Positions 25,519 to 35,366 of a stretch of 64,000 nt of DNA are shown here, piece by piece (positions within the stretch are counted from its first letter, which is position 1; every line of letters begins with the position of its first letter). Origin of the DNA: a virus; IMG/VR virus record IMGVR_UViG_3300037419_001472, positions 1 through 64,000 of that record; one strand, 5' to 3'. The notes below the pieces were generated by a model. The model had not been told where the DNA came from and made no database searches. It saw only the letters and a list, made by a program, of their open reading frames with translations. Both the position numbers and the translations under genes were made by a program.

Positions 25519-25938
25519 ATGGAAAAGGTCACGCGCTGCCTCGTGTTCACGGTGAACCTCATCCTGATCGTTTTGATTGCGCTCTCGCTCTTCAAGGCGG
25601 GGATTCAGTTCCGCCCGCCCAAGCCGAATGCACCGGCCGTCACCCCGACCTGTGGTGGTGACTGCACCATCCCCGGCCAGTGCGGGACGCCGGGTTGCCC
25701 GTGCAAGGTCCACGGTGTGATGAAGCCGGCCGAGGAGTGGCGGTCCTTCGCCGAGAACCCGCGTTACGAGTTGCTCGGGCACTACGAGGGTGACACCTTC
25801 CTCTGGTCCGACTTCCGGCTCGCGAAGCAGCTCCGGGCCATCTCGCCGGGTTCGGCCGGGCCGCTCGGCATGCCGCCGAAGGCCGCGCCGCCGGCCGGGA
25901 CCGAGGTCATCCCCGCGGCCCCGGAGATCCCGCAATGA
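25519..25938 (+). CDS. membrane-anchored Cys-rich protein
   Basis: TM segment LVFTVNLILIVLIALSLF, then CGGDCTIPGQCGTPGCPC. Confidence 0.45.
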   Translation: MEKVTRCLVFTVNLILIVLIALSLFKAGIQFRPPKPNAPAVTPTCGGDCTIPGQCGTPGCPCKVHGVMKPAEEWRSFAENPRYELLGHYEGDTFLWSDFRLAKQLRAISPGSAGPLGMPPKAAPPAGTEVIPAAPEIPQ

Positions 25939-26075
25939 GCCTGCGGCGGCACTCGTTCACGAATGCGCTCATCGCGACTCTTGTTCTGCTCGTCCTGCTG
26001 ATGGCCGCGGGGATCGACCAGGCCCGTGACATTGGCCACTGGATCGGGCGCCAGTTCAAACGACGGCGAGCCTAA
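25935..26075 (+). CDS. small TM protein (46 aa, not in ORF track)
   Basis: ATGA overlap with the previous gene. Translation is MSLRRHSFTNALIATLVLLVLLMAAGIDQARDIGHWIGRQFKRRRA. Confidence 0.35.
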   Translation: MSLRRHSFTNALIATLVLLVLLMAAGIDQARDIGHWIGRQFKRRRA

Positions 26076-26078
26076 GTC

Positions 26079-26780
26079 ATGGAAAAGGTCAACCCCTGGG
26101 ATCAGCAGCGTGGCGAGTCCTCGCAGGCCTTCACGGCCTTCCGCGCCTACCTGGACTCACCCACCCCGCGCACGATCGTCGGCGCCTACCGCAAGTCCTC
26201 GGGCCGCCCGGACGCGGCCCAGGTCCCCGGCGCGTGGAGCCGCTGGAGCGCGAACCACGATTGGGTTGAGCGGGCCCGGCTCTGGGACACGAAACTGGCC
26301 CAGGCAACCCAGGCGGGGATCCTCAAGTCGGCCAAGTCGCGCGGTGAGCGGATGGCCTCGGGCCTAGACCAGGCGATCGAGTCGGCCTACGAGGCAGGTC
26401 TGGAGCTGATTGCCCAGGGCCGGCGGTACATCGCGATGCCAACGACCAGGACCGAACTGACCCGGCCGGCTGATGATGGTTCGCTCGCCCTGTACACGAT
26501 CGAGGCCGCCAACCCCAAGATCCACCGCTATGCCGGGCTGATGGTGCGGGATGGCCTGATGCTGGTCCAGACGGCCTATGAGCGGGTCGTCGCCCAGCAT
26601 CATGACGAGGACCGGAACGACCCTGAGACGGGTGAGGCCTCGGTCTCGCTGGCCAGGGCGGCCAGCGAGCTTGACCAGTTCATCGCCGAACATCGCGCCA
26701 AGATCCTGCAGATTCCCGATGAGCCGCCGGGCCTCGATCCGGACGATCCGGATGAGGACCTGAAGGCCGTGGGGACATGA
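26079..26780 (+). CDS. terminase small subunit
   Basis: ESSQAFTAFRAYLDSPTPRTI...WSRWSANHDWVERARLWD pattern, and position immediately upstream of TerL. Confidence 0.65.
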   Translation: MEKVNPWDQQRGESSQAFTAFRAYLDSPTPRTIVGAYRKSSGRPDAAQVPGAWSRWSANHDWVERARLWDTKLAQATQAGILKSAKSRGERMASGLDQAIESAYEAGLELIAQGRRYIAMPTTRTELTRPADDGSLALYTIEAANPKIHRYAGLMVRDGLMLVQTAYERVVAQHHDEDRNDPETGEASVSLARAASELDQFIAEHRAKILQIPDEPPGLDPDDPDEDLKAVGT

Positions 26781-26783
26781 GCG

Positions 26784-28358
26784 ATGGCAGCCGCGACGCT
26801 CGACCAGACGGATCCCCTGGCCGAGCCGGCGGCCCGCTTCGACCCTGACGCCGAGGTGGCCAAGTGCGCGGCGAACTGCGCCTACTTCATCAATGCCTAT
26901 GGAATTATTGATGATAGTCAGGGCCACGGCGAGAATGCCACCGGCACGATGCCGTTCCAGCTCTGGCCGGCCCAGGTCCGTCTGATCTGGGAGCTGATGG
27001 CGTTCCGCCTGCTCGTGCTGCTCAAGGCCCGCCAGCTCGGCATGAGCTGGGCCGTCTGTGGCTACGTGCTCTGGCGGTGCCTATTCCAGCGCGGGCAACT
27101 GATCTTTTTGCTCTCGAAGGGGCAGAAAGAGGCCAACGAGCTGCTGCGCCGGGTGAAGGCGATCTATCAGCGGCTGCCTCAATGGCTCCGCGACCGGCTG
27201 CCCCGGGTCGATCCGCGCAAGGACAATGCCAGCGAGATCCTCTGGACCAACGGGTCCTCGATCCAGTCGCTGCCCGCGACGCGCAACGCGGGCATCGGCA
27301 ACGCCGCGTCCGTCGTGGTGATGGATGAAGCCGCGCACATGAAGTATGGCGATGAGCTGTACCTCAACATCAAGCCGACGATCGACGCCGGCGGCCAGCT
27401 CATCCTGCTCTCGACGGCCAACGGGATCGGCGGCCTGTTCCACACGATCTGGGAGAAGGCGACCGAGGGGCTGAACGGTTTCCGGACCATCTTCATCCCC
27501 TGGTGGTGCCGGCCCGGCCGGGACCGCAAGTGGTTCCGGGCAAGGGTCGCGGAGTCCAACGACCCCAAGCTGATCCCGCAGAACTACCCGGCCAACCCGG
27601 TCGAGGCGTTCCTGGCCAGCGGCAACATGCGGTTCGATGCCGCATGGATCAATGCCCAGGCCCAGAACCTCCGCGAGCCGCTCGCGCCGGCCGAGTTGCC
27701 GCCCGCGCTGCGTGACATCCCTGGCCTCAAGGTCTGGACGCTGCCCCAGCCGGGGCGGTCCTACATCCTCGGCGGGGACGTGTCGGAGGGGCTGGAGACG
27801 GGCGACTATGATGCCTGCCCCGTGCTGGATGCCGAGACATGGGAACAGGTTGCCGAGATCCATGGGCACTGGGAGCCGGATGAGTACGCGGCCGCGCTCA
27901 TGAAGGTCGCGGACCACTACAACCACGCCTGGGTCGCCATCGAGCGGAACAACCACGGGCATGCGGTGCTGATCGCGTTCGCGCTGGCACGCGACCCGGA
28001 GACGGACGAGCCACGACCCTTCACGCGGGTCTACAACGGTGAGGATGGCCGCCCTGGCTTTTTGACCACGGCCAAGTCCAAGGGTCCGGGCGTGGACCTG
28101 ATCGCCGCGGCCCTGCGGGATGGCCTGGTGACGATCCGCTCGGTGGCGTTGCTGAATGAGCTGCGGCACTTCAAGCGGCTGCGCGGCGGCAAGCTGGGCG
28201 CGACCAAAGGCAAGCATGACGACCGCGTGATGGGTCTGCTGGTCGCTCTCTGCTCGCTGCGTCTCGGGCACCTGCGGCCATCTCAGGGCGCGCCGGCCGC
28301 CGGTGGCGGCGAGCGAAAGCCAACCTCGAAGTACCTGGGGCACCACCATGCCAGATGA
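26784..28358 (+). CDS. terminase large subunit
   Basis: KARQLGMSW ATPase motif, Walker B VVVMDEAAHM, and a C-terminal nuclease-like region. 524 aa. Confidence 0.85.
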   Translation: MAAATLDQTDPLAEPAARFDPDAEVAKCAANCAYFINAYGIIDDSQGHGENATGTMPFQLWPAQVRLIWELMAFRLLVLLKARQLGMSWAVCGYVLWRCLFQRGQLIFLLSKGQKEANELLRRVKAIYQRLPQWLRDRLPRVDPRKDNASEILWTNGSSIQSLPATRNAGIGNAASVVVMDEAAHMKYGDELYLNIKPTIDAGGQLILLSTANGIGGLFHTIWEKATEGLNGFRTIFIPWWCRPGRDRKWFRARVAESNDPKLIPQNYPANPVEAFLASGNMRFDAAWINAQAQNLREPLAPAELPPALRDIPGLKVWTLPQPGRSYILGGDVSEGLETGDYDACPVLDAETWEQVAEIHGHWEPDEYAAALMKVADHYNHAWVAIERNNHGHAVLIAFALARDPETDEPRPFTRVYNGEDGRPGFLTTAKSKGPGVDLIAAALRDGLVTIRSVALLNELRHFKRLRGGKLGATKGKHDDRVMGLLVALCSLRLGHLRPSQGAPAAGGGERKPTSKYLGHHHAR

Positions 28359-29877
28359 GATCCAACTCGCATCGTCGCCCCCGGACGCCGGATCGGCCGC
28401 CATCGTGGATGGGACGACGGTGGTGAACGCGAAGCCCCGATCTGAGGTCATCATCGGTGGCCCCTACGGCGGCCCCGCATTCGGCAAGGTCGGGATCCTG
28501 CTCTCCCGGTCGATCGATCAGGTCGTGCGGCAGTTCGGCCGCCAGGTCTATGAGCTGATGCTCTACGACTCGGCCGTCGTCTGCGCCTTCGAGTTGCTCA
28601 AGGCAGGGATCCTCTCTGATGGCCTCGTGCTCTCCCCGGCGATCAAGATGGACCCGGGTGAGGTCATCAGCAAGCGGAAGCGCAAGGCCGACCTGAAGCT
28701 GGCCAGTGAGATCTGCGAGGCCGGGATCCGCTCGATGAACGGGCTGGATGAGCCGGTTGACGTGATCCTCGACGAGCTGCTTGAGGCCTGCCCCTTCGGC
28801 TGCTCGCTGGGGGAAATCACCTACAAGTGGGGCACGGGTGAGGACAAGGATCGGCAGATGCACGATTCGATCGTGCCCAAGCCGGCCTGGTCCTGGAACT
28901 TCCGGGTCGATGCCTTCATGAAGGTGCGGGCGATCCGGGGCTGGACCGGGGCCGGATGGCAGGACTACGACCCCGAGAAGTTCGCGGTCCTAACCTGGAA
29001 GAAACGGCACCGAGACCCGCGCGGGCAATCGGGCTTCCGCGCCGCCTACAACCCCTGGAACCTCAAGATCCAGCAGTATCCTGAGTTCGGCGAGTTCCTC
29101 CATCACTTCGCTGACCCGACGATCTTCCTGACGGCCGGCGAGTATGCCAAGGCCGATTACGTGGTGGATCCGGTCACGGGCAAGCGGACGGAGCGCTCAG
29201 TCATCCAGCAGTTGCTCGATGCCCTGGAAGGCTACAAGCGCCGGACGGGACTGGCGCTCCCCCATGGGAGCTCGGCAGGCGTGCTGTCTCCGGGGACCGA
29301 GGGCGGCGCCTACCACAACGGCTTCGATCGGTTCGACATGGAGATCTTCCGGTCGATCCTGTTCAGTTCGCGGGCCGTCCAGGAAGCCAAGCACGGCAGC
29401 AAGGCCGACACGGATTCGAGCCAAGACCTGACCGCGATGGCGTTCACCCGGGGCCGGATCCCGGTCCTGGCGATGTGGCGCTGGCAGGTTCTGTACCGCT
29501 GGGTCGCCCTGAACTGGAGCCGCGAGGTGGCTGACCGGCTGACGCCGATCCCCTCACTTGGGTCCCCCGGCCACGTCCAGGGCGAACTGCTCAACGCCTA
29601 TGCAAACGCCTTCGTGAAGGGGTTCGTGGATGAGGCCCAGTTGCCGGCGATCTGGGACCGGCTGGGCCTGCCCCCGGTTGATGAGGCGGCGATGCGGGCG
29701 CGGATCGAGCAGCGCAAGGCCGCCCAGGTGGCCCAGGCGGCCGTCAGGAAGGGCGAGCCGGTCGAGGGGGATGGTTCATCCTCCGACGACCAGTCTGATG
29801 GCTCGGACGACGGCACCGACAACCAGACGAAGCCCAAGGGCAAGACGAAGCGATCCGGGAAAGCCAATGGGGGATAA
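28348..29877 (+). CDS. portal protein
   Basis: 509 aa, directly after TerL, with an acidic/basic C-terminal tail. Resembles Mu-like DUF935 portals. Confidence 0.7.
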   Translation: MPDEIQLASSPPDAGSAAIVDGTTVVNAKPRSEVIIGGPYGGPAFGKVGILLSRSIDQVVRQFGRQVYELMLYDSAVVCAFELLKAGILSDGLVLSPAIKMDPGEVISKRKRKADLKLASEICEAGIRSMNGLDEPVDVILDELLEACPFGCSLGEITYKWGTGEDKDRQMHDSIVPKPAWSWNFRVDAFMKVRAIRGWTGAGWQDYDPEKFAVLTWKKRHRDPRGQSGFRAAYNPWNLKIQQYPEFGEFLHHFADPTIFLTAGEYAKADYVVDPVTGKRTERSVIQQLLDALEGYKRRTGLALPHGSSAGVLSPGTEGGAYHNGFDRFDMEIFRSILFSSRAVQEAKHGSKADTDSSQDLTAMAFTRGRIPVLAMWRWQVLYRWVALNWSREVADRLTPIPSLGSPGHVQGELLNAYANAFVKGFVDEAQLPAIWDRLGLPPVDEAAMRARIEQRKAAQVAQAAVRKGEPVEGDGSSSDDQSDGSDDGTDNQTKPKGKTKRSGKANGG

Positions 29878-31474
29878 GCCGATGCCAGCCATGCCGCTCT
29901 ACAACCAGGACAAGTGCCGCCAGCGGACGCGGCTGGCGGCCCGGCAGGGGTTCGAGGCATTCCCCTTGCGGCTGGCCGGGGCCACGCCGCCGGCCGCTCC
30001 CGAGAAGGGCCGGCTGATCTCGGCCCGGGGGACGATGCCGACCGGGGCCGCCGCGCTCGAGCGAATCAACTCGCTCCAGCTTGCCGCCAACCCGCTGACC
30101 GCGGAACAGGTCCATGTGAAGTACCTTGAGGCGGGCAACACCAACTTCGTCAGCTCGCGATCGATGTTTCTCCATGCCTCGACGCTGAAGAACATCGCCG
30201 GCGCGGCGGATGCCGGCTTCGCCTTCATGAACTCGCACCGGACCGGGGGGCTGAGCTCACCGTCCGAGCTGCCGATGGGGCGGACCTTCGCGGGCCGGTA
30301 TGAGTCCTGGGCCATGGCGGGCGGGCAGGCGTTCAGCCGCGTCGTCCTGGGCATCTACATGCTCGCGGGTGAGTACCCCAACGGGCAGAGCGGCCCGAGC
30401 ACGGATAGTCTCGCGGCCGGGATCGACGCCGGGACCATCTTTGACGTGTCGCTCGGCATCTACGGCGGGCAGGCGATCTGCGATGTGTGCGGCTTCGACT
30501 TCCAGGCCACCGACAACGAGGGCCGCTACCTCTGCCTCCACGTTCCGGGCACGACCCGGCGGATGAGCCGCGATCAGATCCAGGCGCAAAAGGCCAAGGG
30601 GGTCCCGGAGGGGATCGCCACCTACTCGATTCACAACGGCACGGCCGGGGAGATCTCGGCCGTCTTCGATGGCGCCGTGCCGGGAGCGGGCTTTCGCCGG
30701 GCACTGACGGCCATGAAGGGCGGCCTGCTCGACTCGCGTGAGCTGGCCCAGGTCCAGCTTGCCTATGGGCACCTGCTCAACACGAATCACCGGGGCGGGG
30801 TTTCCCGCCGGTTTTTTGACTCCGGCCATGCGGCCGCATTCCACCACGAGGGGAAACCCATGCCTCGCAAGATCTCCCTGTCCGGGCTGCTCGGGCTGCT
30901 CGGCGTCTCCAGTGCCGAGCCCGGCGACGAGTTCGAGCTGGACGATGATGTCAATGCCCTGGCGGCCCGACCGACGCCGTCCCCGTCAGCCCAGTTCTCG
31001 GCCGGCCGGATCGAGCCGGCTCCGGCCGACCCCGAGGTCACGAAGCTGCAAGCCCAACTTGCCGAGACGAACAAGCGGCTCAAGGATGCCGAGGAGGCCC
31101 GCACGGCTGAGCGCCGCGAGGCCAAACTGGCGGCGATCGATGCCGACGTGGACCAGTTCTGCGCCGCTGAGAAGGCCGCCGATCGCGTGACGGCAGCGCA
31201 GCTCACGAGCCTGCGGCCGGCGCTGCGTCAGGCCGCGATCGATGACCTTGACAGCCCCGTGGATGGGTTCAGCCGCCTGTCTGCGCTGAAGTCGCTCCAG
31301 GCTTCGGCCCGGCCGCATGGGCTGACCACGGAAAACGTCGCCAGCGGCAGCAAGCCGGCCAACCTGCAAACGCTCAGCCACAACGGCGACGGACAGCCGA
31401 AGACCGCGCTCGAGCGAGCGCGTGAGCAGAATGACCGGTTCCTCGGCCGCAAGGGCAGCGGGTCGAAGGCCTAA
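29867..31474 (+). CDS. head maturation protease / scaffolding-like protein
   Basis: Positioned between portal and capsid genes. C-terminal coiled coil (TKLQAQLAETNKRLKDAEEARTAERREAKLAA). Start ambiguous (29867, 29882 or 29891). Confidence 0.45.
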   Translation: MGDKPMPAMPLYNQDKCRQRTRLAARQGFEAFPLRLAGATPPAAPEKGRLISARGTMPTGAAALERINSLQLAANPLTAEQVHVKYLEAGNTNFVSSRSMFLHASTLKNIAGAADAGFAFMNSHRTGGLSSPSELPMGRTFAGRYESWAMAGGQAFSRVVLGIYMLAGEYPNGQSGPSTDSLAAGIDAGTIFDVSLGIYGGQAICDVCGFDFQATDNEGRYLCLHVPGTTRRMSRDQIQAQKAKGVPEGIATYSIHNGTAGEISAVFDGAVPGAGFRRALTAMKGGLLDSRELAQVQLAYGHLLNTNHRGGVSRRFFDSGHAAAFHHEGKPMPRKISLSGLLGLLGVSSAEPGDEFELDDDVNALAARPTPSPSAQFSAGRIEPAPADPEVTKLQAQLAETNKRLKDAEEARTAERREAKLAAIDADVDQFCAAEKAADRVTAAQLTSLRPALRQAAIDDLDSPVDGFSRLSALKSLQASARPHGLTTENVASGSKPANLQTLSHNGDGQPKTALERAREQNDRFLGRKGSGSKA

Positions 31475-31555
31475 GCATCGCCTGTTTCCGTCCTTCGCGT
31501 TCTCTCAACCCACCAGCACACACGGGAGGGCGGGGCCAGGCCCCGCGCATGAACC

Positions 31556-32023
31556 ATGTTCGGACGAACGGTCCTCGGCGTCGTCGGGACGTCGATCCAG
31601 CTCCTGGCGGATGGCCGCCAGGGAGACAAGCCGGTCGGCGGCATTACGATCGACTGGAGCACGGTCGCGGCGGTTTCCGGCTCGGATGCCGTGCTCAGTG
31701 ATAGCGTGACTGTCAAGGTCGGCTCGAGCTACCTGCGCTATGGCCAGGTGATCTGCAAGATCACGGCCTCGGGCAAGTATGGCCCATACGACCCGGCCGC
31801 CACGGATGGCCGGCAGACGCTGGCGCGTGGCTCGGCATGGCTGCTCAACCGCACGGTCGTCAACAACGACCCCAAGGCGGATTACCCCGATGTCATCAAC
31901 GGCGGCACGGTCTACAAGGCCCGGCTGATCCAGGCCGGGACCGGCGCCGCTTCGCTCGCGGCCGGCCCGACCCTGGCCAACCTCGAATCGACCTTCCCCA
32001 AGCTCGATTACGCCACCGTCTGA
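31556..32023 (+). CDS. head decoration-like protein
   Basis: Position immediately upstream of the major capsid gene (lambda D/E order). Weak resemblance only. Confidence 0.4.
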   Translation: MFGRTVLGVVGTSIQLLADGRQGDKPVGGITIDWSTVAAVSGSDAVLSDSVTVKVGSSYLRYGQVICKITASGKYGPYDPAATDGRQTLARGSAWLLNRTVVNNDPKADYPDVINGGTVYKARLIQAGTGAASLAAGPTLANLESTFPKLDYATV

Positions 32024-32186
32024 TCTGATCCGCGCTGCCTCAGGCAGCCTGATCGCTCGACACAGCCACGATGCCCCGGAGCCGCGCGACGCCGACCGGG
32101 GCATCGCCATTTCCACGCCACGGGCCAGCTCGATGCCGAGGCTGGCGGGTCCGATCCACTGACCGCACCGATGAGGGTGAAGGCTC

Positions 32187-33290
32187 ATGCTGCTTTCTGA
32201 TGGACAAATTCTCGACTCGGTCAAGTTCAACGCATTGATCCTTGACCAGTACAGCCGCTACCAGCAGTCATTGCCGACGACCTTCCTCAACCGCACCGAG
32301 GAAGTGAACGCCGATGATGACGAGATCACGACCTACTTCACCGGCAAGGTGTTCGCCGCGGACATCATCGCCGACGACTCGAAGGCGGCCGTCTACGAGG
32401 CCGGCCAGCTCGAGTACGTGACCAACACGATCCCGAACCTGAAGGTCGGCCGCCGGTTCAGCCAGGGCATGATCGCCCGCCTCAACCGGATCCGCGCCAA
32501 CCTGACCTCGCCCGGCATCCGCGGCGAGGTCGACATGTTCACCAACTGGGAGACGACCACGGCGCGGGACCTGATCCGGGCGATTCAGGAACGCAAGAAC
32601 GCTCTGATCTGCGCCATGATGCTCGACTCGATCACCTATGATCGGCTCGGCATTAAGATCACCGGATCCTGGGGGATGCCGAGCGATCTCAAGAGCACGC
32701 CCTCGACGGCCTGGACCAGTACCACCGCCACGCCGATCACCGACATCCTGACCCTGAAATCGTACGCGCAGCAGACCTACGGCGAGACGTACGACAAGAT
32801 CACGATGACGACGCCCGACTTCATCAACATGGCGGCGACGACCGAGTTTAAGAATTTGTTGGCGGGTCTGGTCAACGCGCCGCTGGCCTCGACCGCCTGG
32901 AATGCCTACGACCCGCGGATGATCAAGCTCGCCAGCGAGCTGCTCCAGTGCGAGATCGAGCTGGAGAACAAGCTGATCTTTAGCCAGGGCGAGGACGGCA
33001 CCCAGTCGAATGCCCGCGTGCTGCCGCTGGGCAAGGTGCTGCTGTCGAACCGGGCCGACGAGAAGGACCCCACGGCCTACGACTTCGCGAACGCCCTGGT
33101 CATCGAGGCCCAGGTCGCGGGCCTGGTCGGCGACCCTGACAACGTGGCCGGCGGCCAGGTCTTCGGCCCGTTCGGCTACTTCACCGGCAACGCCGACTTG
33201 AATCCCCCCAATCTGACGGCGTGGGGCGTCGCCCGCGGCTTCCCCCGCAAGCATCGCAAGACCTGCACGGCCGTCCTGACTGTCCAGTAA
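32187..33290 (+). CDS. major capsid protein (lambda gpE-like family)
   Basis: 367 aa, correct position, and a C-terminal pattern resembling the Phage_cap_E family. Confidence 0.7.
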   Translation: MLLSDGQILDSVKFNALILDQYSRYQQSLPTTFLNRTEEVNADDDEITTYFTGKVFAADIIADDSKAAVYEAGQLEYVTNTIPNLKVGRRFSQGMIARLNRIRANLTSPGIRGEVDMFTNWETTTARDLIRAIQERKNALICAMMLDSITYDRLGIKITGSWGMPSDLKSTPSTAWTSTTATPITDILTLKSYAQQTYGETYDKITMTTPDFINMAATTEFKNLLAGLVNAPLASTAWNAYDPRMIKLASELLQCEIELENKLIFSQGEDGTQSNARVLPLGKVLLSNRADEKDPTAYDFANALVIEAQVAGLVGDPDNVAGGQVFGPFGYFTGNADLNPPNLTAWGVARGFPRKHRKTCTAVLTVQ

Positions 33291-33405
33291 TCCTCCAGGG
33301 CTGTCTGGCCACAGGGCGGGCAGCCCCCTCGCTTTCCGCTCGTGATGGATCTCGGCTGCCCCTAACGTTCCTGAACTTAACGCATCCAACCCAAAGGAGA
33401 ATTCC

Positions 33406-33783
33406 ATGCGTGTGCTCGTTCTCGGTCTGGCCCTGGTGCTTGCCCTGCTCTGCCTGCTGGCTATCCCGGCCTCGGCCTCGGCCCAGTGCGCCGGCGGCGC
33501 CTGCGTGATCAGTTACGGCGTCTCATCGGCCTTGCCGGGGTACGCCTTGCCAGCCATTGCCTCGCCCGCCGCGTTACCCCAGCCGGTTGCGGGATGCCTG
33601 CCCGGCCAACCCTGCTCACTCCAGTCCTACGCGGTACCAGCCTGCTCGACCGAATCCAGCTACAGCTACAGCTACAGCCATAGCTCCAGTTGCCACGGAC
33701 CGCCGCCGCGAGCGGGGTTGTTCCGGGGATTCGGCCGGGCCGTCCTCGGCCCATTCCGCATCGGCTGGCATGGTTGCCGATGA
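33406..33783 (+). CDS. secreted Cys-rich protein (signal peptide)
   Basis: MRVLVLGLALVLALLCLLAIPASASA-QC signal, multiple Cys, and an SYSYSYSHSSS low-complexity run. Confidence 0.5.
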   Translation: MRVLVLGLALVLALLCLLAIPASASAQCAGGACVISYGVSSALPGYALPAIASPAALPQPVAGCLPGQPCSLQSYAVPACSTESSYSYSYSHSSSCHGPPPRAGLFRGFGRAVLGPFRIGWHGCR

Positions 33784-33853
33784 GATCTGCCCTGGGGCGG
33801 CCGGGAGCGTTCCCGGCCGATCCCGGGCCGCATCCTGACGACCGGAGTCGACC

Positions 33854-33937
33854 ATGACGCCCCGAGGTTTCCTCTGCCTGGCCGCGCTGACCCTGATCCT
33901 GGTCGGCATCGCCGTGGGCGTGTCGATCACACGGTGA
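33854..33937 (+). CDS. tiny TM peptide (27 aa, not in track)
   Basis: Translation is MTPRGFLCLAALTLILVGIAVGVSITR. Speculative. Confidence 0.2.
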   Translation: MTPRGFLCLAALTLILVGIAVGVSITR

Positions 33938-33956
33938 CGCCTGGGAGTCCCCGCCG

Positions 33957-34187
33957 ATGTCGCTGATCCTGCTGATCGTGCTGCTCATCCTCCTGTTCCC
34001 GCTGGGCGGCTGGCACCTGCTGATGTACCTGGCTGCCGCGCTGGCCAACCCGCTCGGGTTTTTGATCCACGACATGATCATGATCCTGGGCGCCCTGCTG
34101 CTCTACCACCTGGGCCTGGTCCTGATTGACCGCTGGAACGTCAGCCATCCCGCGCAGCCGCCCCGGCCGCCGGCCCAGTTGAGCTGA
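33957..34187 (+). CDS. small multi-TM membrane protein
   Basis: 76 aa, almost entirely hydrophobic (LILLIVLLILLFPLGGW...). Confidence 0.45.
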   Translation: MSLILLIVLLILLFPLGGWHLLMYLAAALANPLGFLIHDMIMILGALLLYHLGLVLIDRWNVSHPAQPPRPPAQLS

Positions 34188-34259
34188 TGAGGGTGGGCTG
34201 ACCCCCTGTTCCCTGACTCGAGAACCACTTGATCTACTGACCCGAACCACGAGGCACGC

Positions 34260-34634
34260 ATGGCCATGAAAGCCGCAGCGAAGAAGACCCGCGACCAGCT
34301 CGAGGAAATCATCAAGCGCGGGGAGTCTGTTATTCATAACGGTGAGATCATCACCAAGATCGAGGACCTACCGACCGAGGCCGAGTTGGTGCTGGGCAAC
34401 CCGGCGCTCGAGAAGGTCACGGCCGACGTCCTGGATGCCCAGATCGCCCGCTTGCAGGCCGAGCGGGACAAGCTGACCCAGGCCGCGGCCAACGGGGGCA
34501 AGTTGCCCGAGCCGGCCGGGGCCGACACCGGCAATGCCGCCGATGCGAAGCCGGCCGATGACGGCAAGGCGGCACAGCGTCAGGCGATCCTCGGGGACAC
34601 CACCCCGAAGGCTGACGACAAGCCCGCGAAGTAA
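34260..34634 (+). CDS. hypothetical protein (124 aa), charged/low-complexity C-terminus
   Basis: Clean ORF in the head module. Confidence 0.5.
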   Translation: MAMKAAAKKTRDQLEEIIKRGESVIHNGEIITKIEDLPTEAELVLGNPALEKVTADVLDAQIARLQAERDKLTQAAANGGKLPEPAGADTGNAADAKPADDGKAAQRQAILGDTTPKADDKPAK

Positions 34635-34676
34635 TCCGCAGCCCTTGATCGACGGCCCTTCGAGCCTCGAACCTAT

Positions 34677-34702
34677 GCCGCTCCGGACCCATACGGAGCG
34701 GC
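34677..34702 (+). terminator. hairpin GCCGCTCCG-N8-CGGAGCGGC (attenuator/terminator-like, no U-tract)
   Basis: 9-bp perfect inverted repeat in the 95-nt gap after 34260-34634. Confidence 0.25.
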
Positions 34703-34729
34703 CTCGCCTATTGCCGGGGAGAACCTCTG

Positions 34730-35227
34730 ATGAGCTTGACTCGCGTCGGCGTCGAGAAGGCGATGGTGAGCCGGCTCAAGGAAGTCCTCACGAAGCTCAA
34801 GCGATCCACGGTCACGGATGGTGCGAACCCCGACCTGAATGACCCGGTGGCCTCGGCCCTGGAGTGGTTCGGCATCCTTCCCACTGACCGGACGGCGGTC
34901 GCGGACGCGGACCTGGCCAACCTCGACGATACCCTGCAAGGGCGTTACCTGGATCTCGTTGAGCTTCGCGCCCTGGAGACGTTCGCGGCCAATGCGATCA
35001 GCCTGTCGGCACGGACTCAGCAATGGGAAGACTACCGGATCGACAGGACTGATCAGATGCAGTGGTTGCTTCAGATGATCGAGTTCAAGCAAAAGCAATG
35101 GAATGACCGCTACAACACGCCGAACGCGCCGGCAGCGATCGAGATGGATTCAGGGATCCGGCACAAGTTGCACCTGCACCGGGGCCGCCGCCGACCCGCA
35201 AGTGGCTTTGACGTGTCCGAGCTCTGA
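34730..35227 (+). CDS. head-tail connector/adaptor candidate
   Basis: Called on position and size only. Confidence 0.35.
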   Translation: MSLTRVGVEKAMVSRLKEVLTKLKRSTVTDGANPDLNDPVASALEWFGILPTDRTAVADADLANLDDTLQGRYLDLVELRALETFAANAISLSARTQQWEDYRIDRTDQMQWLLQMIEFKQKQWNDRYNTPNAPAAIEMDSGIRHKLHLHRGRRRPASGFDVSEL

Positions 35228-35366
35228 GTCAGGGTCCCGATACTGCCAGGTCGCAGCAAGGTTGGAGTGCTGACGGTCTGGCTCGAGACCAAGAAGGCCG
35301 AGTCCACTCATGCCCTGCTGATCGCCGAGCGCGACGGCCTGATCCAGGATGCCCCAGGGGGTTACG

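Noticed and set aside
27081-28454. 457-aa minus-strand ORF
   Set aside because: It is antisense to the large terminase gene.
33298-33326. Hairpin after the capsid gene as a terminator
   Set aside because: It has only a 6-bp stem with a 17-nt loop and a poor U-tract, too weak to call.
32268-33407. 379-aa minus-strand ORF
   Set aside because: It is antisense to the major capsid gene.
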